This document shows, piece after piece, positions 10,921 to 22,780 of a stretch of 32,200 nucleotides of DNA. This stretch comes from Octopus bimaculoides (taxonomy: Eukaryota), in the NCBI RefSeq assembly GCF_001194135.2, contig NC_068995.1:18415899-18448098 (forward strand). The letters are read 5' to 3'. A program made the position numbers and the translations under genes. The notes under the pieces are model-generated. The model was not told where the DNA came from. It did not search any database and saw only the letters and a program-made list of their open reading frames with translations. Each line of letters starts with the position of its first letter. Position 1 is the first letter of the stretch.

Positions 10921-11399
10921 AAGCGTACTACATGCAGGAGAATTGAAAGGCATTGTTGGTTTCTATATATCTCTTTTCTATTCTGTCAATTTTGTTAACA
11001 ACACAGTCAACACCACCCGCAACAACAATAAATAGAAAATCACAACTGCAATATCACAGGATCGAAACAACGACGTAATAATTATTTAATAAATTGAAAT
11101 GTCCCTTGGAGTTTAGAGGATCAAATGACACTGTTAAAACCTCTTAGAAAGACAAAGCGTTGATGATAAGAAATTAAGAATAAAATTCTCGAGTCCATTT
11201 ACATGTAAAGTGAAAGAACAGTGTGATCTTTGTTGAAAAAAGACATAAGTTTCGGTCTACTTGACCTCATCACCACTATGTCTACTACAGCCTACAAATC
11301 AGTGAATACAAATCAGTTTATAAAAGTGCGTGTGCTTATTTAATATTTGTATCCGACAAGAAAGTAAGAGAGTATATCGTATATCATATTCACAAACAA

Positions 11400-11573
11400 T
11401 ATACACACACACACACACACACACACATACACACACATACAGACAGACACAAACACACACACACATACACACACACACACATACATACACACACAAGTAC
11501 ATACACACACATATATGTATATGTATGCATATATGTATGTTCTACCTCATTAATAATCAATGCNNNNNNNNNN

Positions 11574-11627
<54 letters not shown>

Positions 11628-11770
11628 AATACACATATAGATATATATACATACAAATACACACACACATATACATATACATACATACGTGCATGAATAT
11701 GAATTTATGCATATGTATTTTAAATGTCCCTGTGTATGTAAGTATATACATGTGTATCTGTGTTTGGCGG
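11400..11770. repeat. (CA)n/(TA)n mixed repeats with a 10-N gap (11564-11573)
   Basis: Direct reading. Confidence 0.92.
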
Positions 11771-12257
11771 TGTCTGTGTGCATGTGACTATGTATATATT
11801 TACACTGACAGACGAAAGTTTGTTCACGTTATCACATTCATTTATCTTTCATTACCTCTAACAACTATGACTAATGCTAGACTGGGTACTCTATTTCGCA
11901 TGAAAGAACATTAAATGTACTGTTAATTCTCACAGATTACAGTTTACCAATAAATCTGATTTGATGTTTTATTTGCTGTAGGGAGAGCGAGGCTTGGGGA
12001 TATTTCAACAATTGTTCTAATTGAAGTGAGCAGATAACTTCACATAGGGTTCATCCTTAAGCAATTTATGTAAAAACAAAAGCAAAATACATAAAAAATT
12101 CCCCAAATCACCAGTTTTTTTTATATCCCTGTTTGTTAAGTAAATGTTTGCAATCTATATGGTAAGGAATGCAGACTCCTGAGACCTTATTGTAGACAAT
12201 TAGATTCATGTTTTACATTTAAACTGTAGTGCAGTCATTAAAATGTCAATGCATTTA

Positions 12258-12270
12258 TACACACACGCAC

Positions 12271-12366
<96 letters not shown>

Positions 12367-12376
12367 ACACACACAG
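12258..12376. repeat. (CA)n microsatellite
   Basis: Direct reading. Confidence 0.97.
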
Positions 12377-13039
12377 ACATACGTAACTGTGTACATATGC
12401 GTAGGTTTGAGTGTTAAGGAAAGTGTTTGTATGTAATTTAATAATTGAACTAATACATTTTCCTTAATTGTATAATTTTCTTAATTGCAGAGAAGTTAAG
12501 TTAATTAGGTAAATATAGCTATATTTATATATTCCTCTATGTATATGTGCAAATATGTATGGTTGAATAAATAGATTCATACATACATACAAACACTCAA
12601 TATGTAAAGGGTTATATGCATATGTTATTAAATGTGTAGTTATGTGTGCATAAATGTATGTGCCTCTACTTATCGGTCAATACATTGTATGGAATATAAA
12701 TGAAGCAAAGATATTAACTACGTCATTCAATCTACATATGAAAAATAAAGTGTTTAACTAAATTTAGTGCTGTTATTCCTCAAAATCTGCAAGCGGAAAG
12801 TCGTCACAAACATCGGATTGCGTCAAAAACTTCTCTTACATGTATGTAGAGAGTTTCAGAATAATATAGACAAACGCGTGAATGATAAAGTTTAAAACGC
12901 TACCAAATCAAAAGTGACACAATCCCATTGCAATTTTTTCCAGCTCAACGTCATTATTAATATAAACGCTTTGGGTAATAATTCGGTTAAGATATTCTAA
13001 AGTTTTGGAAGGCACGTAACCTCGCAAAATTCCTAGATT

Positions 13040-13254
13040 TAAAGCAAAACCATTTTGCGACAATGCCTGTAAGTCCAAGCATGTTTCTGACATTCCAGGA
13101 AGCAATTGACAATTTCTTGACACCTCGACTGCAATAGAGGAGCGACTCACCAGGCTCGTCTTCCCTACCGGGAAGATGCGGGTTCTGTGCCCGTCACAGG
13201 CCACCAGTACCATCCATGACCGCCTCCGCCATCAGTCGCCCATCACCGATGGAC

Positions 13255-13255
<1 letters not shown>
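13040..13255 (-). mobile_element. RTE-clade LINE 5' end (5' region plus start of the APE endonuclease), truncated
   Basis: Minus frame ...SRGVKKLSIASWNVRNML (WNV at 13097-13089) matches the APE motif I (L.I..WNVR). A shifted frame, LDLQALSQNGFA, resembles DIAALSETR. A GC-rich leader lies upstream. Confidence 0.7.
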
Positions 13256-13256
<1 letters not shown>

Positions 13257-13289
<33 letters not shown>

Positions 13290-13312
13290 GGAGTGAGAGA
13301 GATAGAGAGAGA
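13257..13312. repeat. (GA)n microsatellite
   Basis: Direct reading. Confidence 0.9.
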
Positions 13313-13379
13313 AGGGGCGGGGCGAGATACTGCAGGAAGAAGGTTCGGAAAGATGAAAAGCTACGTAAATGTTTGTTCC

Positions 13380-14170
13380 CAATGATGAGAAGGAGGCACG
13401 ATACCTCACGACATAATTTGACGTATCCTTACCTGATCAAGTAAGGATACTTGATGTGGGATGTGGGATGACTGGGAATATGGACAAACTGCTGCTAGCG
13501 GCCGCTCAAAGCCCACAAATTTGGCTCTCATACATGATATTAACAATGTATTTGACTGCTGGCAAACTTCCATATAAACATTTCCCATAGATTCTGCATC
13601 AATTCCTCGCAACTTGACTTAGTTTGCTTTCCTCCAAGAATCTTGATCGAGCTCTATATAACATTATATCAACGACGCTTTGTCGTACTTAGCAAAATCT
13701 AATTTGTTTCACTTCCAATAACTGGTGCTCGCACGTAGATGATACTACCCAAATTTCATCCCCCGCTATTTATTACATTCACTTCATGAAGAAATACTAA
13801 ACATGCATCATTCACGCTAGTGTTCCCTTTAGTAACACGACACAATCACTGCACATATGCACAAAGCATTAACGTAAATACCTTCCCCTAAAATATATGC
13901 AGCCTGCATCTAGAGTCCTGAAGGTTACTATAAATGCAATTCTTTAGGCTTCTCAATATTATGACATCCTAAAATGCATACAACCAATCTGGGCTTCATT
14001 AGCATGCTATCGCATTCTAGCACACTCATGTTTTACGACTACTAGAAAATCTTGTGCTCCGCGGATCTGCCTGACCTGGAGCCAACTCCATTCAGACATT
14101 CTCACGTAACTGTCTATCTTCCTCGTTGTGAAAAATATTTTGTTAATTGTTTGATTATGCTTTAAACTCA
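13380..14170 (+). mobile_element. Decayed CR1-like LINE RT/3' remnant
   Basis: Broken frames LALIHDINNVFDCWQ (cf. ALDISKAFD.VWH), HYINDAL (cf. YINDL), HVDDTT (cf. FADDTT) and HSHVTVYLPRCEKYFVN (cf. H.F.V.IPRC....N) occur in canonical order. Confidence 0.55.
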
Positions 14171-14654
14171 ACGCATACAGACACCCAACATCTCCATCTC
14201 CATCACCATCACCATCACTATCCGAACAAAAAGGTGGACATCTTGAATATCTTCATAATTATTTCTAATCATAGACCAGCTATTGTTCAAGAGGAACATT
14301 AACAGTGTTCGTCACATTGGCCTAGAAATTGTTGCTACTGTCATGAGTGAAGTGGTTTACAAATACAAAGAGAAACATCTAGACTGTATAGAAGCTTATA
14401 TTGTAATACAAGGACAAAATGTGTTTATATACAATGCATACAAGGCGTCATCATAATTTCTGTAAAGGGGTATCAATTTAATTGAATTCAAACGAGACAG
14501 GGTTTCAATGATTTGCAGTTTTGCTAGCTACATGGACGGAAAGATCAATATTTAGCTTTAAAGCAATCTTATGTAGTTTTCGTGTCAGAATATTCTTTAA
14601 AGTTGATAAGACGATGTGCAGCAACACAAAACCGCAACCAAACGCAAAATAATA

Positions 14655-15090
14655 TGAGGACTGAAGACAGATACTTACATTTTTGGCCAAGCCTTCATCG
14701 ACTTTTACAAGTTCCAGGCAAGTGAGGTTGGAGAGGGAAGTAGTGAAAGCCCCACCAAACCAGTACTTTTGCTGAAAAGTGACAGAATGTGGCGAGGGTG
14801 AGGATGGCCCATATGAATGGGTCTACTCTGAATGAATGCCTGTAGACCGGAGGAGTTTAGAACGCGAGAGGTACCTGCCTCGGGTACTTGGAGGTTGGAG
14901 TGACCAGAAAACGGGGCATTTCGGCCTTAGGTCGGACTCCTCCCTTTTAGGGAATTTTATTGTTTAAATTTTGTTCTTTATTTTTATTGCTTTATTTGTA
15001 TAAACGTATTCTTGTGCTAAGCCTCACATGTCCCTTGTTTTACATTCTCCTTTTTGCTTAGTGTTCGTCACTTATGACTAATAAGAAAAA
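14655..15090 (+). mobile_element. L1/Tx1-like LINE 3' end
   Basis: Frames GLKTDTYIFGQAFIDFYKF / QVRLEREVV / FAEK*QNVARVRMAHMNGSTL, then a T-rich 3' UTR and aataagaaaaa. Recognised from memory as an octopus Tx1-like ORF2 C-terminus and not database-checked. Confidence 0.55.
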
Positions 15091-15091
15091 C

Positions 15092-15128
15092 GTTATTATT
15101 ATCATTATTGTTATTGTTGTTGTTGTTG

Positions 15129-15182
<54 letters not shown>

Positions 15183-15210
15183 TTTATTATTATTATCATT
15201 ATCATTATTA
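15092..15210. repeat. (ATT)n/(GTT)n microsatellite
   Basis: Direct reading. Confidence 0.95.
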
Positions 15211-15211
15211 T

Positions 15212-15436
15212 GGCAGCGAGCTGGCAGGGTTGTTAGTTCGCCTGACACAATGGTTAGCGGCATTTCGTCCGTCTTTACGATCTGTGTTCTAATTCTACCC
15301 AGGTCGACGTTGCCTTTCATCCTTTCAAGGTCGATAAATTAAGTACGAGTGAAACACTGAGGTCAATGCATTCGACCAGATCCTTCACCCAAGATTTCAG
15401 GCCTTGTGCCTTTAGTAGAAAGTATTATTATTATTA
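15212..15436 (+). mobile_element. Full-length family B tRNA-derived SINE with an (ATT)n tail
   Basis: ggcagcgagctggcagggttgttag (A-box-like)...gtgttctaattc (B-box-like), central gttgcctttcatcctttcaaggtcgataaattaagtac, and 3' atttcaggccttgtgcctttagtagaaag(tat)n. Confidence 0.88.
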
Positions 15437-15890
15437 TGCCTTCGTAACATAGTGTAGGAGTCATTAGTTATCTGTTAAGTCAACAAAACCACAGACAGAT
15501 AATACTTTCCTTAAGATATCCGCTCTACCCAATAAGGCTGGGATTTCCAGTTGCCTTGAGAAATTTTGAAGTTTCATTGGGATTGAGCCCAACGCTCCGA
15601 TCACCACTGGCATCACTTCTGCGTTACCCTCTCGTATTCCATACAGTCTTGCCATTTCCACTTTCAATTCGAAGTACTTGATGATTTTTTCGAACTCTTC
15701 TCACAACATTCATGTCATTTGGTATGGCTACACCAATGACTTGACAGCTATTATTATTAGCTGGCCGCCTACACTTTTTTCTGAAAAATAGGGGTAGTTT
15801 ATCCTGTTCAGGCAATATTATTAGCATTATCATGCGTTTGAGAATTTAAAATCACTTCTTTAACTTTCTAAGACACCTCAACGCTTCTAA
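15437..15890 (-). mobile_element. 5'-truncated R4/Dong-clade element: restriction-like endonuclease (RLE) C-terminus plus 3' UTR
   Basis: Track ORFs 15624-15833 (RRPANNNSCQVIGVAIPNDMNVVRR, cf. RPDIV..K...IIDVA.P.D) and 15464-15667 (KVEMARLYG...VMPVVIGALGSIPMKL...ALLGRADILRKVL, cf. PVVIGALG...ALLGTA.ILRKVL). The element ends in (TAA)n. Confidence 0.88.
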
Positions 15891-15931
15891 AAGCAAACTT
15901 CGTTTGTTTGTTTACGTTTATCGTAAAATGA

Positions 15932-15998
<67 letters not shown>

Positions 15999-16000
15999 GT

Positions 16001-16037
<37 letters not shown>

Positions 16038-16054
16038 TGCAGCAGCAGCAGCAG

Positions 16055-16121
<67 letters not shown>

Positions 16122-16122
16122 C
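15932..16122. repeat. Compound (ATT)n(GTA)n(GCA)n microsatellite
   Basis: Direct reading. Confidence 0.96.
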
Positions 16123-16779
16123 GTGATATTGCTATTTACGATAACGGTTGTTGTGTGTTATGCATTTATTTCATGATTAATATTCCAGTATAGAAAGTAG
16201 AAATAATTTTGAATTGCTACGGTTTCTCATTGGAGTCTAATACATTCGTTTGAAAATCTTTAAAGACACATTGTCTAGAGTTCTTTTGGAATCTATAGTC
16301 AGATTAACGTACACGCTTGATTTAAGATCAATATTTACCAAAAGGTTTGCTATTGAGTAATCAAGAAAAATCAATATAACCGTGAAAGCATTTTCCATAA
16401 TAATTATGCCTGAAAAATACCTGATTGTAAACAAAGATACGTGCGTTTTGCAATGGCATAAATACCAATCGAAGACCAAACTCATCGATCATTTTGAAGA
16501 AGGTTATAATTAAATAATTCATAAACGAATAATGAATATAAACTCGTGTTTCATTTTTGCAGATAGTACACGTAATGTTGTAGATAGTAATATAATAAAC
16601 AGGTTTAATTATAGTATTAGAATGAGCATAAAACTGGATTTACTTTTGGAGTTAGTCTAGTCACTTAAATCGATCTCAACATCGGCCTTTTGGAGTGAAA
16701 GTAAGAACAAAAAATTGGGAGCATGAATAATGAAAGTATAAAAGTGATTGGTGCCAGCACATGGTTACATGGTTACGTG

Positions 16780-17050
16780 CGAATGAGAGCTAGCAGTACC
16801 CTTCATAAGACAGTGCGCTGTGTTTAGTTCGCAAGATGTAAAATTTGTGTTTTTGTGATCACGTCTATGCTGTAACCTGAGATTTTGTCAGGGTCGGGAA
16901 GTTGAAACAAGGAGCCAACGTGAAATTTTGTATTAAACTTGGAAAGTCGACTACAGTGCTGCAGAGACATCGATCATACTCCAGTAAGATTACAGTGACG
17001 CTGCAATGCGACGTACGTAATATTTCTTGTGGCACGAACGCTTCAAAAGA
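16780..17050 (+). mobile_element. Mariner (Tc1/mariner) transposase N-terminal remnant
   Basis: LKQGANVKFCIKLGKS then, after a frameshift, AAETSIILQ*DYSDAAMRRT*YFLWHERFK. This matches the mariner HTH start EQR..IKFC.KLGKSA.ET..ML...YGD.AM.RT..F.W..RFK. Confidence 0.8.
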
Positions 17051-17072
17051 TATATATATATATATATATATA

Positions 17073-17354
17073 NNNNNNNNNNNNNNNNNNNNNNNNNNNN
17101 NNNNNNNNNNNNNNNNNNNNNNNNNNNNNNNNNNNNNNNNNNNNNNNNNNNNNNNNNNNNNNNNNNNNNNNNNNNNNNNNNNNNNNNNNNNNNNNNNNNN
17201 NNNNNNNNNNNNNNNNNNNNNNNNNNNNNNNNNNNNNNNNNNNNNNNNNNNNNNNNNNNNNNNNNNNNNNNNNNNNNNNNNNNNNNNNNNNNNNNNNNNN
17301 NNNNNNNNNNNNNNNNNNNNNNNNNNNNNNNNNNNNNNNNNNNNNNNNNNNNNN
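17073..17354. other. Assembly gap within (TA)n
   Basis: Ns flanked by TA repeats. Confidence 1.
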
Positions 17355-17393
17355 ATATATATATATATATATATAGCAGAAAATAAAAAATAT

Positions 17394-17545
17394 CTGGCAC
17401 GTTCGTGAGAATACCGGAGAAAATGCTCACCAGCAATTCGTTCAACTTAACATTCTGAATTCAGAGTACACCGAAGTCGTCTTTGCTTTTTACCCTTTCA
17501 GGGTCGATTGAAAAAATATCAGTTCAGCAACGGTGTCCACGACTA
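17394..17545 (+). mobile_element. Degenerate family B SINE
   Basis: ctggcacgttcgtgagaataccggagaaaatgctc...ctgaattcagagtacaccgaagtcgtctttgctttttaccctttcagggtcgattgaaaa. Confidence 0.65.
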
Positions 17546-17582
17546 ATACCACTCTCCAAAATTTCTCGCTTTGTGACTGCTG

Positions 17583-17915
17583 AAACCCCCTTCGGTCACG
17601 ACTGACCATAGGATTGCACTTAGAAAGTTACCCTTCAAGGCACGAGTCCGGGCAAGGTTGTTTATGGAAGACCAGCAGTTGCGCATGTATACCGGCCTTC
17701 CCTCTCCACTACCGGTGTTATCCAATGGAAAAGCAAAGGCTGATACAGCTTGGCACCAATGACGTCGCAACTCATTTCTACAGCGGAGTGAACAGGAGCA
17801 ACGTGAAATATAGTGTCTTGCTCAAGAACACAACGCGCAACCCGGTCTGGGATTCGAACTCACGACCTCACGATCGTAAGCTCGACGCTCTAACCACTGA
17901 GCCATGTGCCTTCAC
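17583..17915 (-). mobile_element. Near full-length tRNA-derived SINE, family C
   Basis: Minus strand gtgaaggcacatggctcagtggttagagcg (A box TGGCTCAGTGG)...gagttcgaatcc (B box), then gtgttcttgagcaagacact...cactccgctgtagaaatgag and a unique 3' body ending gaccgaagggggtttc. Confidence 0.85.
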
Positions 17916-19674
17916 ATGTGTTTTCTGACCAATTCGCATCCCCAAATTTCCACAGCTACACATGCACACACGAACACGTCAATATCACCAGCCCTCTTTC
18001 ACACACACATACATACTCTTATACACAAGCGCACCTTCGCTTTGGGATCACTACTAATTTCTTATCTCCCCTTCTTCTTAGCTCACTTGTGTGACCCTTC
18101 TGTCCGGTATTCGTCATGATAGATCGCTAACCGCTACACACATTTTTTTTTTCTCTCCTTGTTTCTTTCTGTGTTCCTTTGGGTGGAAGAGCGTAGGCTC
18201 GAAATGTTAAAGACTTTTTTCAATTTCCGAACGTTATACTAATACAGCTATTGTTTTCTACACACCATGTCTTCGTCTTTTTTTTTTTTTGTGAAGTCTC
18301 CCTACATATATATATAACGCGTTCCATCTGAGGGACATAAGATTAAGGCCGCTACATGTCACTCTGTATAATGTTTCGCAGTTTCCTAAAAGCATTCTTT
18401 CAAAGTATCACAATTGCAACACACTTAGTAAGGCAGATTAGAAAGTTTTGGGCTTTTTGGAAGAGACAACGATGATAACCCGAAATTTACTTAAGGATCC
18501 TCTCCGGCTATTAATGCATGTTCCGATCATATCCGCTTGTCCACATGATATTTGCAAGCATGGTTTTGCTGAAACTTTCTGCGTTTATCCCATTAGCCAC
18601 AGTAGAGCAATATCTTATGTCAACGAGAACGACACATATGACGCGTTCTCTTATTAACGTTAGTCCTTATTTCATGAAAATAGCAGATACTATTTTCCTC
18701 TACTTTCCATTTGAGTAAATATCTTCCAAATTCTTCTTAGCTCACATAAAGTTTTTAATTGTTTTCTTTTGCTATAAAAACTTAAGTCAATTACGATATT
18801 TCATTGCTTTTATTATTTTTTAACAACATGCAAAGTATTTTATGCATTTTGCTAGTTCTTGCTGTCTTTGTATCTTCTGTTTGTCTGACTCCCTGTTTTC
18901 GTCTGTCTGCCTCTGTCTCCATTACTCTGCCTCACTATATTTCTTTCCCTCTTTCTCTCTCCCTATATGTATATATATATTTATATTTATACACACACAC
19001 ATATGTATATATATGTGGGTGTGTGTGCGTCTGGGTGTTTTTGTTTTGTGTGTGTGAGCGTGTGTGAGAGTGTGTGTGCAGCATTTTTTTAGCCTGAATA
19101 TTATTGAATAATATGCTTACAAGTAATACAGTAGAACGTAATATATTTTCGGGAGATATATATATATAAATTTTATGCTCTTGATATAAAAGTGTAAGAA
19201 AGGCTATTGTCACCGCGTATTCATATCGCATTGATACACCAATGTAAAGTGTTTTACACATGACTGTTTCACTATTTATAGCAAATGAGGTGATTTACAA
19301 ATGTCCTTATTCAAAAGTATATAACCAGTGATATCAGAGAGTCTATTAACATGCAGGAATGGTTCGGAGCCAAAATATGTGGGAGTCTTCATTGAGTTTT
19401 CACGTAGATATAACAATATCACGTTGAAACATATATTTATTTTGGGCACAGGCTAAACGCCAAACCTTTGCATAGCCTTTATAGTGAATTACAAATAAGA
19501 ATGAGTGAGTTATTTGCGGGCAACGTTTTGATCGTTACTCCTTGTATATAATGTGTTTCGGTTTACTGTTTAAACAATACTCTTTACTAAATAATCGAGT
19601 TTACTAATGTCTTTACAGTCATCTATGAAGTATGATAGTATGAAACCAGAAGCAAGAGATCGCACACTAGACAC

Positions 19675-20120
19675 ACACACACACACACACACGCACACAC
19701 ACACAAACACGCACACACATACACAGACACACCCTTACTCACGCATTCGTATCGATAAATTCATGTTTCATTTCCCTCCATATTTGTCTCTCCTACTATC
19801 AGCATTCCTCCCTTTCTTGCTCTTTCCTTCCCTCTCTTCCTCCTTTCCCTCTTTCTTTATGCATACACACACACACATACACGCGCACACATATATATGA
19901 ATATACGTACGAGCACATATATTTATAAGTATATACATGTATCTACACATAAACATATACGTGTGTGTGTATGTGCGTGTGTGTGTGAGTGTCTGTCTGT
20001 CTGTCTCCCTGCCAGTCTATCTGTCTGTCTGTCTGTGTGTGTCTGTGCATGTGTCTGCGCGTGATGTGTATTTGTATGGTGGGTAGAGTGTATGTATTGA
20101 TGTGCGTATGTGTATATACG
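19675..20120. repeat. Mixed (CA)n/(TG)n/(CTGT)n simple repeats
   Basis: Direct reading. Confidence 0.85.
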
Positions 20121-20517
20121 TAAGTTTCACTATTTACAATATTTGATCATGTTTGTACATCAGAGATATTTATCTTGTGGATCACATATTTGACAACATA
20201 ACATTTTTTCTGAAAAGAAAAGAAAAAAATCCCCAAAACCCCCAAAAATAAACAAATACTTAAAATAAACATATTGGAATCATACAGCGGGATAATTTCA
20301 AATAAATTTTTAAAATAGAAGCATCGCAATTATAAAATTTGCTGTTTTGTGTTGTGTGTTCAAATGCGTGTTAATCATTCGTCTGCAAGTATCAATTAAA
20401 CATAATTATAGAGAGGCGAGCTGTTTGTATTGTTGGTTGCATCATTTACGTAACGTACAACAAACACTCCCACAAACAGTCGAAAGGGAGAAAATTGTAA
20501 TGTTATGGAAAACAGCG

Positions 20518-20574
<57 letters not shown>

Positions 20575-20600
20575 TTGATAATAACAATAATAAATGAAGT
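20518..20600. repeat. (AAT)n microsatellite
   Basis: Direct reading. Confidence 0.95.
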
Positions 20601-21231
20601 GTATAATGATAGTCCATATCCGAAAACAACAGCGATATTAATAATAAAAATATTAATTGCTATCAACTACAAACAACAAAACAATAACTATAATAATGTA
20701 GCCGAAAAAGGAAGGAAGAAAGAAAGGAGAGAATGTGTGGAATAAAAAGAGAATAAGAAAAAAAATTGCCATCGTCTTCACAAAATATTGACTAGTCTTT
20801 GCCAAACTTGCTGACCCCTAATGATGAGCGATCTTTCAAGGCGTCCTGAATAAAGGGAAACCCATTTCCAATTGACGACTAAACCTGCCAATATTTGTCT
20901 CTCAAAGCATAATTGATAGCTATTATAAATGTGTGTGACCTCGGCAAGTCTTGAAACGATTTCAAAACAAGCTCGCTATTTTGATAACGGGGAGAATAAA
21001 AAAATCAGCTTATTGACTTTTTTCCCTTGCGTTTACGCCAAGCTTTCAACCTGCCAATGCATCTCTTTCTATATTTGTTATTTTTCCTTTTGTTTAGGTG
21101 TAGGATTATTAGATCATTTTGCGATTTGTTTATATAAGGAAGTATTTCTAAACATTAAATATATTTATATGCATACGTATAGATACACATAGAGCACAAA
21201 CAACATACATACAAGCACGCGCGAGCGCGCC

Positions 21232-21236
<5 letters not shown>

Positions 21237-21288
<52 letters not shown>

Positions 21289-21586
21289 NNNNNNNNNNNN
21301 NNNNNNNNNNNNNNNNNNNNNNNNNNNNNNNNNNNNNNNNNNNNNNNNNNNNNNNNNNNNNNNNNNNNNNNNNNNNNNNNNNNNNNNNNNNNNNNNNNNN
21401 NNNNNNNNNNNNNNNNNNNNNNNNNNNNNNNNNNNNNNNNNNNNNNNNNNNNNNNNNNNNNNNNNNNNNNNNNNNNNNNNNNNNNNNNNNNNNNNNNNNN
21501 NNNNNNNNNNNNNNNNNNNNNNNNNNNNNNNNNNNNNNNNNNNNNNNNNNNNNNNNNNNNNNNNNNNNNNNNNNNNNNNNNNNNNN

Positions 21587-21666
<80 letters not shown>

Positions 21667-21690
21667 AATAAATAAATAGATAGATAGATA
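21237..21690. repeat. (CA)n, gap (N 21289-21586), then (TA)n(GA)n(GATA)n
   Basis: Direct reading. Confidence 0.95.
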
Positions 21691-22317
21691 GATAGACACG
21701 TATGCAATTGTATAAAACGACACACTACAACGGTTAGTTTTGTAATGCATTCTGACACCTAGGATTTCCGGTAGCATTTTCAAGCAAGATGACAGTTCGC
21801 TTACCTCAGCCGCACCTGCGAAATTGGCCACAACTTTTTTTCTTTATCCCGCGACTTCCATATTTTCAACTACCATCCGTTTTCACTCTCTACAATCCAT
21901 CCACATTTTATTTCCAATGCATTATCGAATGACTCTTTTGACTACATGAAAGTGACCTAAGCACAACCCATCGATAGCTACCTTTCTTTAAGTGTGCTTC
22001 TATCCGTGTAATTTAATTGCGTATCTAATTTCTATCATCTATAATCAATCTAGATATTTTTATAATCTCGCCCTGTTTAACACATCTCCTTTACTCAAAT
22101 CTGAAAAAGGATTTGTTAACGGATAAAAATAATGTAAGCTATGCGTAACTGAAGGATGTCAGATCCTTTCCAGATCTAAGAACTGTGCTGTGAGCATATG
22201 GCTAAGTTCTTGTTGAGGAACTGGAAAGTGCCACCCTTCTTTGGATTGAACAGCTGTACCATAGACTCCAAGCTACTATCTTTTCAGTTTATATTTTACT
22301 GTAAAAGGGCAAATAAC

Positions 22318-22672
22318 TCTTTAGTCGAACAAATCGACCCCAGGACTTATTTTTGTAAGCGTAGTACTTATTGTATCGGTTCTTTTGCCGAACTGCTAAG
22401 TTACGGGGACGTAAACAAATCACCATCGGTTGTCAAGCGATTGTGGGGGAACAAACACAGACACAGACACACACAGACACACAGACACACGCACAGATAT
22501 AATATATACGGTGGGCTTCTTTCAGTTTCCGTCTACCAAAACCACTCACGAGGATTTGGTCGGCCCGAGGCTATAGTAGAAGACACTTGCCCAAGGTACC
22601 ACGCAGTGGGACTGAACCCAGGGCCTTGTGGTTTTTAAGCAAGATACTTACCACACATCAACTCCTGCGCCT
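22318..22672 (-). mobile_element. Family A tRNA-derived SINE, inverted relative to 4231-4640
   Basis: Reverse complement aggcgcaggagttgatgtgtggtaag...ctgggttcagtcccactgcgtggtaccttgggcaagtgtcttctactatagcctcgggccgacc... is collinear with the copy at 4231. Confidence 0.9.
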
Positions 22673-22780
22673 ATTGTGTTTATTTGTTTTTTTAATACCA
22701 AGTTTTTGAAGCATTTATTAAGACCTTCTAACATTCGTATCCTGAAATATGAAGCTGCTGATTTTGCACTTTAATCTTAC

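Noticed and set aside
12908-13213. 101-aa minus ORF MVLVACDG...LCHF as a real gene, or as a TGA readthrough/recoding candidate
   Set aside because: It overlaps the RTE leader and APE motif (SWNVRNML is in another frame, and DLQALSQ resembles DIAALSE). It is better explained as LINE debris.
17820-17915. tRNA gene-like sequence with A and B boxes
   Set aside because: It continues directly into a SINE body and lacks a complete acceptor stem, so it is a SINE head. The same applies to 4231, 15212 and 22672.
159-21831. Numerous ORFs with poly-L/F/E/S/V/Y/D/I runs, HTHT/CVCV/YIYI dipeptides or X runs
   Set aside because: They are translations of microsatellites and N gaps, not proteins.
21805-22100. 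Minus-strand segment between acceptor cctttttcag and donor GAG|GTAAGC
   Set aside because: It has stops in all three frames, and there is no other support.
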